Origin: an uncultured Gemmatimonadaceae bacterium
GTDB taxonomy: Bacteria; Gemmatimonadota; Gemmatimonadetes; Gemmatimonadales; Gemmatimonadaceae
Reading direction: 5' to 3'
Assembly: GCA_963781585.1 (NCBI GenBank)
Contig: CAWAGQ010000003.1
Coordinates: 318,036 to 382,035, forward strand
DNA length: 64,000 nt
Shown here: in pieces, positions 54,588 to 64,000 of the stretch
How positions within the stretch are numbered: position 1 is the first letter of the stretch
How the letters are laid out: every line of letters starts with the position of its first letter
Program-made: the position numbers and the translations under genes
The notes under the pieces: generated by a model
The model's database searches: none
Told to the model about the DNA's origin: nothing
The model's input: only the letters and a program-made list of their open reading frames with translations

Positions 54588-56897
54588 GTGCCTACCGAGA
54601 TGCTGGCCGAGCTGCAGACGAGGCTTGGAGATTCCTACACGGTGCTCCGCGAGCTGGGCGGCGGCGGCATGAGTCGTGTGTTCGAGGCCGAAGAGTGCGC
54701 GCTTGGACGCCGAGTGGTCATCAAGGTGCTGCCGCCCGAACTGGGCGCGAGCGTCAGCCACGAGCGATTCCGCCGGGAGATCCTCGTTGCGGCACAGCTC
54801 AGGCATCCGCACATCGTTCCGCTGCTCACCGCCGGCGATGCCGCTGGGTGGCTCTATTACACCATGCCGTTCATCGAAGGGGAATCGCTGCGCGACCGGA
54901 TCGACCGCGAGGGTGCGTTGTCGGTGCGCGACGCGGTCGAGCTGGGACGCGAGATTGCGGGCGCGCTGGACCACGCGCACCGCTCCGGCGTGATTCATCG
55001 CGATATCAAGCCGGAGAACATCATGCTGGAAGGCGGGCATGCGGTGGTCACGGATTTTGGTATCTCGGTGGCCGTGCACATGGCGGCCGCGCAGACGCTG
55101 ACGGCGACCGGCCTGATCGTCGGCACCCCGGTCTACATGAGCCCCGAGCAAGTGATGGGCGAGACCGTGGACGGCCGCAGCGATATCTACTCGCTCGGCT
55201 GCCTGCTGTACGAGACGCTCGCCGGCCATCCGCCGTTCCACGGGCTCAGCACTCAGGCGGTCCTCATGCGCCGCCTCACCGAAGCCCCGTCGGCGGTGGT
55301 CACCGAGCGATCCGATGCACCAGAGGGTTTGTCGCGGATCATCCGCCAGGCGCTCGAGCGGGCACCCGAGAAGCGGTATCAGACCGCCGGCGAACTCTCC
55401 CTCGCCTTGTCGATGGTGCTCACTGATCCCAACGTCGAGGCCCCACCCATCCCGGCGCGAAAGCGGTCGACCGCCAAACGCACCGGACCGCGGAAGACGT
55501 TGTCGGGGAGATCACGACAGATCCAGTCCATCGCGGTGCTGCCGTTCGAGAATGCCGCCAACGATCCCGAGGCGGAATATCTGAGCGAGGGGATTACCGA
55601 GAGCGTCATGAACAAGCTCTCGCGGCTCTCCGGCCTCCGGGTAACCGCCCGTTCGGTCGCCTTCCGATACCGGGGTCCGGACGTGGATCCGGTCGCTGCC
55701 GGACGTGATCTGCGTGTCCGGGCAGTCGTCACCGGACGCGTGCTCCAGCGCGGGGAGCGTCTGACGGTGAGCGCCGAACTGGTGGAGGTGTCCAAGGCCC
55801 GCCAACTTTGGGGTCAGCAGTACGCTCGCGGGCGCACCGACATTTTCGCCGTCCAGGATGCCATCGCCACAGAAATCTCGGCCGCGCTGCAGGTACAGAT
55901 TTCAGGTGCGGAGCACGACAGTCTCGTGAAGCCGTTTACCGCGAATTCGGCAGCGTACGAGGCGTACATGAAGGGTCGCTATCACTGGAACAAGCGAACG
56001 TCGGTGGGCTTTCAGCGCGCGCTGCAGCACTTCCAGGAAGCGATCGACATCGACCCGAATTATTCGATGGCCTACTCGGGCCTTGCCGACACGTACAACG
56101 TGTACGGGTACTACAACCTCCAGCGCCCGCGCGACGCGTATCCGCGCGCCAAGGCGGCCGCGGCACGCGCGCTGGAGATCGATGACACACTGGCGCCGGC
56201 GCACGCGTCGCTGGGATACGCACGGTTGTTCTACGACCGCGATTGGACGGCGGCCGAAGAGTCGTTCGTGCGCGCCCTGATGCTCGACCCGGGGTATGCC
56301 AGCGCCCATCAGTGGCGGGCCTGGTATTTCTTCGTGATGGCGCGGTTCGATGACGCCCTCCTGGAGCTCCGCCAGGCCCACGAGCTGGATGCCCTCTCGC
56401 TGGTGATCAACGATCACCTGGCGTACGGGTTGCACCTTGCCGGCCAGGAGGGCGAGGCGATCGCACAGCTTCTGCGAACGCGTGATCTCGATCCCACCTA
56501 CCCGCTGACGTACTGGCGACTCGGCGTGATCTACCTGGTGCAGGTACGCCTCGAGGAGAGCATCGCTGAGCTCCAGCAGGCGATGTCCCTCACGGACAAC
56601 CAGCTCGGCGCCGGGTATCTCGGACTCGCGTACGGCATGGCTGGACGACGGACGGAGGCCGAGGAGTTGCTGCGCCGAACACGGGCCGAGGGCGAAGCGC
56701 AGTTCGTGTCTCCGCTCGACCTGGCGCTGATTCACGCCGGCCTTGGTGATGTCGATGCCACGTTCGCGGAGCTTCGGCGGGCCGTCGAGGAGCGCATCAG
56801 TGACCTGGTGCGCGTGAAGCTGCTGCCCTGGCCGGATGCCGTGCGCTCCGATCCCCGTTTCGCGGCACTGGTGGCCGAACTGGGTCTGCCGACCTAG
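54588..56897 (+). CDS. Hanks-type Ser/Thr kinase with TolB_N-like and TPR domains
   Basis: LGGGGMSRV, VVIK, HRDIKPEN, DFG, GTPVYMSPE; SIAVLPFEN..YLSEGITE; TPR repeats. Confidence 0.95.
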   Translation: MPTEMLAELQTRLGDSYTVLRELGGGGMSRVFEAEECALGRRVVIKVLPPELGASVSHERFRREILVAAQLRHPHIVPLLTAGDAAGWLYYTMPFIEGESLRDRIDREGALSVRDAVELGREIAGALDHAHRSGVIHRDIKPENIMLEGGHAVVTDFGISVAVHMAAAQTLTATGLIVGTPVYMSPEQVMGETVDGRSDIYSLGCLLYETLAGHPPFHGLSTQAVLMRRLTEAPSAVVTERSDAPEGLSRIIRQALERAPEKRYQTAGELSLALSMVLTDPNVEAPPIPARKRSTAKRTGPRKTLSGRSRQIQSIAVLPFENAANDPEAEYLSEGITESVMNKLSRLSGLRVTARSVAFRYRGPDVDPVAAGRDLRVRAVVTGRVLQRGERLTVSAELVEVSKARQLWGQQYARGRTDIFAVQDAIATEISAALQVQISGAEHDSLVKPFTANSAAYEAYMKGRYHWNKRTSVGFQRALQHFQEAIDIDPNYSMAYSGLADTYNVYGYYNLQRPRDAYPRAKAAAARALEIDDTLAPAHASLGYARLFYDRDWTAAEESFVRALMLDPGYASAHQWRAWYFFVMARFDDALLELRQAHELDALSLVINDHLAYGLHLAGQEGEAIAQLLRTRDLDPTYPLTYWRLGVIYLVQVRLEESIAELQQAMSLTDNQLGAGYLGLAYGMAGRRTEAEELLRRTRAEGEAQFVSPLDLALIHAGLGDVDATFAELRRAVEERISDLVRVKLLPWPDAVRSDPRFAALVAELGLPT

Positions 56898-56905
56898 CGT
56901 CGAAT

Positions 56906-57056
56906 GGAGGCGGACGGCGGCGAACAGAATGAAACTGAATGGGGGCGGACTCGAATTCGTCCTGATGCGAGTCTGACCCCGTTTTCGGCGGCTTCCGGAC
57001 CCGGGCCGGGCATGCCGCCTAACCGGAAGCTACTCCCGCGTCGCCGTTCGGTCTCC
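56906..57056 (+). other. Structured intergenic element (three nested stems, includes a GGGGTCAGAC-type palindrome)
   Basis: Outer stem 56906-56922/57039-57056, stem 56937-56953/56968-56984, stem 56990-56998/57023-57031, paired by eye. Confidence 0.5.
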
Positions 57057-57268
57057 GCGCCGGCACTTTCTCTTGTGCCCGACGCCCCAATGGTGTAAAT
57101 GGGACCAGCACGCGCGCCGTGCAGTCGTGTGCAGGTCGTGTTCGGGTGCCCGGGGCGGGCACGGACCTCGCCCGGCCGCCCGCAATAGCCCGCAGGTCGC
57201 CGGCTCGCAAAGGCGCGTCTCGCGAACCAGCCGCTCCAGCCAACGTCTTGCCCTCGGGGGGAATCAGC

Positions 57269-58792
57269 ATGTCCGACGCCGCTGCTGTCTTCGATTACAT
57301 CGTGGTCGGCGCAGGATCAGCGGGATGCGTCGTGGCGGCGCGCCTGTCCGAAGACCCGAAGGTGAAGGTGCTCCTCCTCGAGGCGGGAGGCTCGGATGAC
57401 CACCCCGATGTGAGCGACCCCACCCGGTGGCCGATGAATTTCTACGGTGAGCGTGACTGGTGCTACTCGACGACGCCACAGCGGCATGCCAACAACCGCG
57501 TGGTCCATTGCCCGCGCGGCAAGATGCTCGGCGGCTGTCACAGTCACAACGCCAGCGCGTGGGTGCGTGGACATCCCGCCGACTTCGATTCCTGGGCCTA
57601 CGCCGGGAACGCGGGGTGGGACTGGGCGAGCGTGCTTCCGATCTACAAGCGGATCGAGGACTGGCACGGCTCGCGCAGTGCGCTGCGGGGAACCGGCGGC
57701 CCGATGTACGTGGCGCCGCCGGTGCAGCGCGGGGTCATCGCCGAGGCCTTCATCGAGGCGGGACGAGCCACTGGCCTGCCGGTCATCGACGACATCAACG
57801 GGCCGAGCATGGAGGGCATCGGGTACTTCAACTTCACGATCAAGGACGGCAGGCGGTTCAGCGTTGCTTCGGCGTATCTGCATCCCGCGGCGGGGCGGTC
57901 CAACCTCACGGTGCAGACCAACGCCGAGACGCACGGACTCACATTCGACGCGAGCCGCTGCAGCGGCGTGGACTACGTGCTCGCGGGCGAGCGACGTACG
58001 GCGCGCGCGACGAGGGAGACTGTGGTGTGCGGGGGGGCGATCGGATCGCCGCGTCTGCTCCTGCTGTCCGGCATTGGCCCGGCCGACGCGCTGAAGGATC
58101 TCGGCATCAGCGTGCGTGTGAATCTGGCCGGCGTGGGCGCCAACCTGCAGGATCACCCGCTGCTCGGCGGAATCGTGTACGAGACCATCGGCACGCTTCC
58201 GACGGTCGTGAACAATGGCGCGGAAGCGACGCTCTGGTGGAAGTCGCGCCGGGATCTCTATTCGCCCGACATTCAGCCGGTGGTGATCGAGTTTCCGTTT
58301 GCGACCCCCGAGCTCGCCGACCGGCTGCCGGAGCACTGCTACGCCATCGCGCCCAGCGTGGTGCGGCCCGCCTCTCGCGGCACGGTGACCCTGACATCGA
58401 AAGACGCGACAGTGACTCCGGCGATCGACATGAACTATCTCGAAGCCGACGCCGATGTGAAGGCGTTGCTCGCAGGCATCGAGCTGTGCCGCGACATCGG
58501 TGCCGCCAAGCCGTTCGCCCCGTTGCGCAAACGCGAAGTCATGCCGGGGAACCTGGACCGCGGTGCGATGATCGAGTGGATTCGCCTGGCGGTCACGACC
58601 TACTTTCATCCCAGCAGCAGCTGCCGGATGGGGATCGATTCGATGGCGGTGGTCGACCCGGAGCTTCGCGTTTACGGCGTGTCGGACCTGCGGGTGGCGG
58701 ATGCCTCGATCATGCCCGACGTCACGACCGGCAATACCAACGCTCCGAGCGTCATGATCGGCGAGAAGGCGGCGGCTTTTATTCGCGGCTGA
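57269..58792 (+). CDS. GMC family oxidoreductase (choline dehydrogenase-like)
   Basis: DYIVVGAGSAG, RGKMLGG, GAIGSPRLLLLSGIG, GANLQDHP, YFHP..CRMG, RVADASIMP..GNTNAP. Confidence 0.94.
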   Translation: MSDAAAVFDYIVVGAGSAGCVVAARLSEDPKVKVLLLEAGGSDDHPDVSDPTRWPMNFYGERDWCYSTTPQRHANNRVVHCPRGKMLGGCHSHNASAWVRGHPADFDSWAYAGNAGWDWASVLPIYKRIEDWHGSRSALRGTGGPMYVAPPVQRGVIAEAFIEAGRATGLPVIDDINGPSMEGIGYFNFTIKDGRRFSVASAYLHPAAGRSNLTVQTNAETHGLTFDASRCSGVDYVLAGERRTARATRETVVCGGAIGSPRLLLLSGIGPADALKDLGISVRVNLAGVGANLQDHPLLGGIVYETIGTLPTVVNNGAEATLWWKSRRDLYSPDIQPVVIEFPFATPELADRLPEHCYAIAPSVVRPASRGTVTLTSKDATVTPAIDMNYLEADADVKALLAGIELCRDIGAAKPFAPLRKREVMPGNLDRGAMIEWIRLAVTTYFHPSSSCRMGIDSMAVVDPELRVYGVSDLRVADASIMPDVTTGNTNAPSVMIGEKAAAFIRG

Positions 58793-58840
58793 ACAGCTAT
58801 CAGCGGTCGGTTGGCGGTCGTGAGCCATCGGCGATGACCG
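58792..58840. repeat. Degenerate heptamer tract, 7 units
   Basis: AACAGCT ATCAGCG GTCGGTT GGCGGTC GTGAGCC ATCGGCG ATGACCG starting at the GMC stop codon. Confidence 0.45.
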
Positions 58841-58873
58841 CTCCGCATTGAAGTCCGGTCGGGAGCCCGATCG

Positions 58874-59782
58874 TCAGGCATTCTGCGCGGCGTCCACGCG
58901 CGCCTCGTCGAGCAGCGTACGCGCGCCAGTTGGGCGCATGGTCGCCAGATCCTCCTGGTACTTGAGCAACACGCCGAGGGTCTGCTCCACCTGCACCGGC
59001 TGCAGGCGCTTCGCACCGAGAGCGACCAGGGCAGCCGCCCAGTCGAGGGTTTCTGCCACTCCCGGCACCTTGGTGAGATCCGCGCGACGCAGCCGCTGCA
59101 CGAACGCGACCACTTCGCGCGCGAGCGTGGCAGGGACCTTCGGAAGACGCGCCCGGAGGATCTCGAGTTCCCGCTCGGCGCCCGGATAGTCGATCCAGTG
59201 GTAGAGGCAGCGGCGCTTGAGGGCGTCGTGCACCTCCCGCGTGCGGTTGCTGGTGAGAATGACGCGGGGCGCGCGCTCGGCCTTGATAGTGCCGATCTCG
59301 GGTACGGTGATGGCGAAGTCGCTCAGCACCTCGAGCAGATAGGCCTCGAACTCTTCGTCGGCGCGATCGACTTCGTCGACCAGCAGCACCGGCGGCTCGC
59401 CGCGTCCTCCTCCGAGTGCGCGCAGGAGGGGCCGTCGGATCAGGAATTCCTCGCTGAAGATGTCGCGAGTGGCGGCCGACTTCGCGTCGCCGCGCGCCTC
59501 CATCAGACGGATCTCCAGCATCTGCCGTGGATAGTTCCACTCGTATACCGCGGTGGACACGTCCAGCCCCTCGTAGCACTGGAGACGGATCAACTCGGCG
59601 CCGAGCGCGGCGGCCAGGACCCGTGCCACTTCGGTCTTGCCAACCCCCGCTTCGCCTTCGAGCAGCAGCGGCCGTTCGAGCGACAGGGCGAGGAAGACCG
59701 CCGTCGAGAGGTCGCGGTCGGCGACGTAGTGTTGCCGGGCAAACGCCTTCTGGACCGCGTCGATCGAATCGAGCGTGGTCAC
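58874..59782 (-). CDS. coxD: CoxD-like MoxR AAA+ ATPase
   Basis: LLEGEAGVGKT, RLQCYEGLD, YEWNY, LVDEVDRADEEFEA, TSNRTREVHDALKRRC; GTGA overlap with coxG. Confidence 0.94.
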   Translation of the reverse strand: MTTLDSIDAVQKAFARQHYVADRDLSTAVFLALSLERPLLLEGEAGVGKTEVARVLAAALGAELIRLQCYEGLDVSTAVYEWNYPRQMLEIRLMEARGDAKSAATRDIFSEEFLIRRPLLRALGGGRGEPPVLLVDEVDRADEEFEAYLLEVLSDFAITVPEIGTIKAERAPRVILTSNRTREVHDALKRRCLYHWIDYPGAERELEILRARLPKVPATLAREVVAFVQRLRRADLTKVPGVAETLDWAAALVALGAKRLQPVQVEQTLGVLLKYQEDLATMRPTGARTLLDEARVDAAQNA

Positions 59783-60249
59783 TTCCTCCGCGCCTTCCCC
59801 GCATCGCGCACCACCGCAGCGGCGAACTTCTTCCAGAACTTCTGGGTGATGCGGCGGACACTGCCCCTGAGCAGCCGGGACCCGACGTTGACCACCGTTC
59901 CCATCAGCGACGTTTCGGCGGTCCACGACAACCGCGTGCGGTTGCCCGGCAGTTCCGACAGCGCCACCGCGGATCGCGCGTGCACCTCCGACCCGGCGGA
60001 CTTCCCGCGCACCGTGAGGCTGAGGGACTCTCCCGGAACCAGGTCGTGCAATTCAACGTCGAGTGTGAACAGCAGTTTGAGCGAGCCTGCGGCGAAGCCG
60101 GTGATGACCCGAAAGCTGGATGGCGACAGCGGCTCGACCCGCTTCACACCCGGCGCGCAGTGCGCCACGAACTCATGGTCGAGCAGGTGAGTCCACACCC
60201 GCTCGACCGGGGCGTTGATCTCGGGCTCACCCGAGAATTCAAGGTGCAT
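59779..60249 (-). CDS. coxG: CoxG-like SRPBCC protein
   Basis: INAPVERVW..L.D..CAPG, VGSRLL; position within the cox operon. Confidence 0.88.
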   Translation of the reverse strand: MHLEFSGEPEINAPVERVWTHLLDHEFVAHCAPGVKRVEPLSPSSFRVITGFAAGSLKLLFTLDVELHDLVPGESLSLTVRGKSAGSEVHARSAVALSELPGNRTRLSWTAETSLMGTVVNVGSRLLRGSVRRITQKFWKKFAAAVVRDAGKARRK

Positions 60250-60252
60250 CCG

Positions 60253-61110
60253 TCAGGTCGCGCGCTCAATCGCCCTGGCGAGCGCCCGCGCCCCGACGAC
60301 CACGCCGAGGTGCCGACGGTATGCCTCGGTCGCATGAATGTCGTCGTTGACGAACTCGATGGCGTCGACCGCAGCCTGGGCCGCCTTCGTGAAAACCGCA
60401 TCACCGCCGCGCGTTCCCACGAGGGCGGCAGACGACGCGGCGAGCAGCGGCGCCTCGGAGATGCCGGAGTACGCCAGCGCGGCGTGCGAAATGACGCCGT
60501 TCGTTCTGGCCACCACTGCGGCGGCGCCGACGAGGGCGAATCCCGAGGCCTGCTGCTCGAAATTCACGTAGGCCGCCCCGGCTCCCCTGGGGAGGGCGGG
60601 CAACTCGATCTCGATCATCAGCTCCTTGGCCTTCATGGCGGTGGCGAACGGACCCTTGAAGAATTTCGCGGCCGGCACCTTCCGCTTTCCGCCCTTCGAT
60701 TGGAGGCTGAGGGCGGCGCCGAGTACCAGCAGGGCGGCCGGCGTGTCCGCCGCCGGATCGGCGTGCGCCAGACCACCGCCGATCGTGCCCAGGTTGCGCA
60801 CCTGGACGTCGCCCACGCTGTCGATCAGCTCGAGCAGCATGGGGCAGTACGCGCGGACCGCGCGCGAGTCGAGCAGCTCGCGGTAGGTGGTGGCGGCCCC
60901 GATCACGAGACCGCCTCCCTTCTTTCGGATGCCCCGCAGCGCGGCGATCTGTCCGACGTCCACCAGGCGCTTCGGCCTGGAGAGGCGGAACCGCAGCAGG
61001 GGCATCAGCGACTGGCCTCCGGCGATGACTTTCGTGCCGCCGGCATCCAGCGCCTTGAGCGCGCCGGCCACCGTGGAGGCGCGCACGTAGTCGAAGGCGG
61101 CCGGGATCAT
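60253..61110 (-). CDS. coxM: Xanthine/CO dehydrogenase family FAD-binding subunit
   Basis: MIPAAFDY, IAGGQSLMP, QVRNLGTIGG, HADPAAD, DDIHAT..YR. Confidence 0.94.
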   Translation of the reverse strand: MIPAAFDYVRASTVAGALKALDAGGTKVIAGGQSLMPLLRFRLSRPKRLVDVGQIAALRGIRKKGGGLVIGAATTYRELLDSRAVRAYCPMLLELIDSVGDVQVRNLGTIGGGLAHADPAADTPAALLVLGAALSLQSKGGKRKVPAAKFFKGPFATAMKAKELMIEIELPALPRGAGAAYVNFEQQASGFALVGAAAVVARTNGVISHAALAYSGISEAPLLAASSAALVGTRGGDAVFTKAAQAAVDAIEFVNDDIHATEAYRRHLGVVVGARALARAIERAT

Positions 61111-63473
61111 CGCGCACCTCCGCCGGCTCGCGCTTCCTGGATCGCCGCCCAGACGCGCGACGGCGTGAGCGGCTTGTCGATGTGCCCGATGCCGAGCGGC
61201 GCGAGCGCGTCGATGACGGCGTTCACGACGGTTGGCACGGAGGCAATGGTCCCGGTCTCACCGATGCCTTTCACGCCTAACGGGTTCACAGGAGAGGGCG
61301 TCACCGTGTGCAGGACCTCCATGGAGGGCATCTGCGAGGCCTTCGGGACCGCGTAGTCCATCATGGTGGCGGTGAGGAGCTGCCCATCCTCGTCGTACAC
61401 GGCGCGTTCCTGCAGCGCTTCACCGATTCCCTGCACCACGCCGCCGTGCACCTGGCCCTCGACGATCATCGGGTTGATCTGGGGACCGCAGTCATCCACC
61501 GCCACGTAACGCAAGATGGAAACCTGGCCGGTCTCGGCGTCGACTTCGACAGTGCAGATGTGGGTGCCGAACGGGTATACGAAATTGCTGGGGTCGAAGA
61601 ACGCGCTCGCTTCGAGCCCCGGCTCCATTCCGGCCGGCAGGTTCCATGCGACGTTCGCCATGAGGGCGCATTCGCCGAAGCTCTTCTTCTGGTCCGGCGA
61701 CCCCTTCACCACGAACGCGCCATCCTTCCACTCGAGATCATCCTCGTTGGCCTCGAGCAGATGCGCGGCAATCTTCCGGGCCTTCTCACGCACCCGCTGG
61801 GCCGCGAGATGGACGGCGCTGCCGCATACGGCCGTCGTGCGGCTTCCGTAGGTGCCCCATCCCTGAGGCGTGGTCTCGGTGTCGCCGGCCACGATCTCGA
61901 CGTTCTCGATCGGCACGCCGAGCTGGTCGGCGACGATCTGCGCAAAGGTGGTTTCTTCTCCCTGACCGTGCGGCTTGCCGCCGATGTAGACGCGAATCAC
62001 GCCGGTCGGGTACACGCGCAGCAAGGCGCTGTCGTACAGCCCGCCGCCGAATCCCACGGCACCGGCGACCTGCGAAGGCCCGAGGCCGCAGATCTCGCAA
62101 TAGGTCGTGACGCCGATTCCAAGATGCCGGCCGTTCTTCTTCGACCGTGCCCGCTTCTGTTCCGCCCGGAAGCCCTTGTAGTCGATCGCGGCGAGCGCCT
62201 TGTCGAGGGCACCCTGGTAGTTTCCGGAATCGTAGGTGATCCCGGTGGCCACCGTGTACGGGAAGCGGTCCTTGGGGATCAGATTGCGGCGGCGCACTTC
62301 GACCGGATCCATGCCGATCTCGCGCGCATACGAATCCATCAGCCGCTCGAGCAGGTAGGTGGCCTCGGGCCTTCCCGCCCCGCGATAGGCGTCGACCGGG
62401 GTGGTCGTGGTGTACACGCCGTACACCGTGCCGTCGATGTTCGGGATCATGTACGGCCCCGAGTACATGAGGCCATGCAGGATGGTTGGAATACCCGGTC
62501 CGGCGGTGGACGCGTAGGCGCCCAGCCCCGCGTACACCCTGGTGCGGAGTCCGGTGACGTGCCCGTCGCGCGTGCCGCAGAGGTCCACGTATTCCACGTG
62601 ATCGCGCCCGTGGATTGTCGCTTTGTAGTTCTCCGACCGATCCTCGGTCCACTTCACGGGCCGCTTCAGATCCATCGCCGCGAACGCGGTGAGGGCTTCA
62701 TCGGCGTATGCCGGGATCTTGCTGCCGAATCCGCCTCCGACGTCGGGCGAGATGACCCGAACGCGATGCTCGGGGACGCGGAGCATCACCGAGCAGAGGA
62801 AGCGATGAATGTGCGGATTCTGGCTGGTAGCCCACAGCGTGAGCTGTTGGGTGGCCTCGTTCCAGCTGGCGACCGCCGCCCGCGGCTCCATGGCGGTGGG
62901 CTGGAGGCGCGGCTGGTGGATGCGCAGCGAGACCGTGACCGGCGCTTCCGCGAAAGCCCTGGCGGCGTCGCCGCCGGCAACCTTCCACGTAAACGCCACG
63001 TTCCCCGGCACCTCGGGATGCAGGCGTGGAGCGCTTTTCGCGGTGGCCCGTTCGGGATCGACCACGGCGTCGAGTGGTTCGTAGTCGACGTCGATGAGAT
63101 CGATGGCGTCTCGCGCGGCGGCGCGTGTTTCGCCCACGACCATCGCCACGCCGTCGCCGACGTATCGCACGCGGTCGGCGGCGAGCAGGGGATGAGGCGG
63201 GACCTTGAGATCGCACCCGGGCACGTTCCAGGCGCACGGCACCGCGTTCACGCGGTCGCGCAGATCGGCACCGGTGTAGACCGCCAGGACGCCCGGGGCC
63301 TTGCTGGCGCGGCGGGTGTCCACCCGCTTCAGGCGCGCGTGGGCATGGGTGCTTCGCAGAATCGCGAGATAGACGAGGCCGGGCAGTTTGACGTCGTCGG
63401 TGTAGGTGCCGCGGCCGGTGACCAGGCGCGGGTCCTCCCGCCGCTTGATACCGGATCCGAAGAGTGTGGCCAT
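61107..63473 (-). CDS. coxL: Xanthine dehydrogenase family molybdopterin subunit, form II CoxL-like
   Basis: RREDPRL, VGGGFGSK, active-site loop AYRGAGR (not the form-I AYxCSFR), HGQG.ET, GTYGSR, GQVHGG, KGIGETG. Confidence 0.94.
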   Translation of the reverse strand: MATLFGSGIKRREDPRLVTGRGTYTDDVKLPGLVYLAILRSTHAHARLKRVDTRRASKAPGVLAVYTGADLRDRVNAVPCAWNVPGCDLKVPPHPLLAADRVRYVGDGVAMVVGETRAAARDAIDLIDVDYEPLDAVVDPERATAKSAPRLHPEVPGNVAFTWKVAGGDAARAFAEAPVTVSLRIHQPRLQPTAMEPRAAVASWNEATQQLTLWATSQNPHIHRFLCSVMLRVPEHRVRVISPDVGGGFGSKIPAYADEALTAFAAMDLKRPVKWTEDRSENYKATIHGRDHVEYVDLCGTRDGHVTGLRTRVYAGLGAYASTAGPGIPTILHGLMYSGPYMIPNIDGTVYGVYTTTTPVDAYRGAGRPEATYLLERLMDSYAREIGMDPVEVRRRNLIPKDRFPYTVATGITYDSGNYQGALDKALAAIDYKGFRAEQKRARSKKNGRHLGIGVTTYCEICGLGPSQVAGAVGFGGGLYDSALLRVYPTGVIRVYIGGKPHGQGEETTFAQIVADQLGVPIENVEIVAGDTETTPQGWGTYGSRTTAVCGSAVHLAAQRVREKARKIAAHLLEANEDDLEWKDGAFVVKGSPDQKKSFGECALMANVAWNLPAGMEPGLEASAFFDPSNFVYPFGTHICTVEVDAETGQVSILRYVAVDDCGPQINPMIVEGQVHGGVVQGIGEALQERAVYDEDGQLLTATMMDYAVPKASQMPSMEVLHTVTPSPVNPLGVKGIGETGTIASVPTVVNAVIDALAPLGIGHIDKPLTPSRVWAAIQEARAGGGAR

Positions 63474-63485
63474 TGTCGTCGGACG

Positions 63486-63977
63486 TTAGGCAGTGGATGG
63501 GGCCGGATCGTCACTCACGGCGGCCGCGGCCGCCTGGATGGCGGCCACGATATTCTGGTAGCCGGTGCAGCGGCAGATGTTGCCCTCGATGCCGTGACGG
63601 ATGGCTTGTTCGGTGGGATGTGGATCGCGCTGGAGAAGATCCACGGCGGCCATGATCACACCGGGCGTGCAGAAACCGCACTGGAGGCCGTGCTTCTCCC
63701 AGAATGCCTGCTGCAGGGGGTGATAGCGGCCGTTCGACGCCAGTCCCTCGATCGTCGTGACACGGCGGCCCTCGGCCTGTACCGCCAGGACCGAGCAGCT
63801 CTTCACCGCCCGCCCGTCGAGCAGGACCGTGCACGCTCCGCACTGGGAGGTATCACACCCCACGTGGGTGCCGGTCAGGTTGAGATCGTCGCGGAGTACC
63901 TGGGCAAGCGAGGTCCGCGGCTCCACGTCGAGCGCGTGCCTGGCACCGTTGATCGCAAGGGTAACGGGGCGCTTCAT
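63486..63977 (-). CDS. coxS: 2Fe-2S subunit
   Basis: [27 protein letters not shown]. Confidence 0.95.
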   Translation of the reverse strand: MKRPVTLAINGARHALDVEPRTSLAQVLRDDLNLTGTHVGCDTSQCGACTVLLDGRAVKSCSVLAVQAEGRRVTTIEGLASNGRYHPLQQAFWEKHGLQCGFCTPGVIMAAVDLLQRDPHPTEQAIRHGIEGNICRCTGYQNIVAAIQAAAAAVSDDPAPSTA

Positions 63978-64000
63978 GAACCGCCTCGGTTCGGAAGGAC

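Noticed and set aside
57084..57157. tRNA-like look (GCCCCAATGGTGTAAATGG...GTTCGGG...GGGGC)
   Set aside because: A D-arm-like part is present, but there is no proper T-stem, 7-nt anticodon loop or full acceptor pairing; tRNAscan-SE/ARAGORN would settle it.
61107..63473. Aerobic CO dehydrogenase (form I) implying carboxydotrophy
   Set aside because: The active-site loop is AYRGAGR and the gene order is S-L-M.

Overview
High-GC chromosomal segment, most likely from a Gemmatimonadota bacterium. This is inferred from gene content (Ig-repeat lipoprotein, kinase-TolB_N-TPR protein, PDZ peptidases), not from a marker gene. About 55 CDS; I saw no rRNA, credible tRNA, CRISPR array, transposase, integrase or phage gene. 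Left to right: (1) a >1109-aa secreted protein with 10 Big_2 Ig repeats and a beta-helix region, missed by the ORF track because it runs off the left edge, preceded by a c-di-GMP-I riboswitch with an atypical 4-nt insertion; (2) GT2, VanZ-like, yggT-yggU and a 13-unit heptamer repeat; (3) a SAM-II riboswitch plus terminator-like hairpin ahead of metH and a frameshifted yitJ-like gene; (4) acyl-CoA dehydrogenase, GINT1-like protein, DinB and a peptidase-rich block; (5) nth, cyclophilin, HAD and HD proteins; (6) an ECF sigma/anti-sigma/Spy-like/TolC/MacA/MacB-permease operon with no ATPase; (7) padR with a clear operator, kup, a multi-PDZ protein, VIT1, a cyclodeaminase-dehydratase pair, a double-cupredoxin lipoprotein, a Tat DsrE-like protein, leuS, an MCP and a Tat glycosylasparaginase; (8) comD-comE-cyclase converging on a form-II coxSLMGD/E molybdoenzyme locus split by a kinase and a GMC oxidoreductase. 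I found no proven new system. The best leads are the two riboswitch variants, a structured three-way-junction element at 56906-57056, a possible kup attenuator and the comDE/cox neighbourhood. Two single-base frameshifts suggest residual indel errors in the assembly. All calls are by eye; no searches or folding programs were run.
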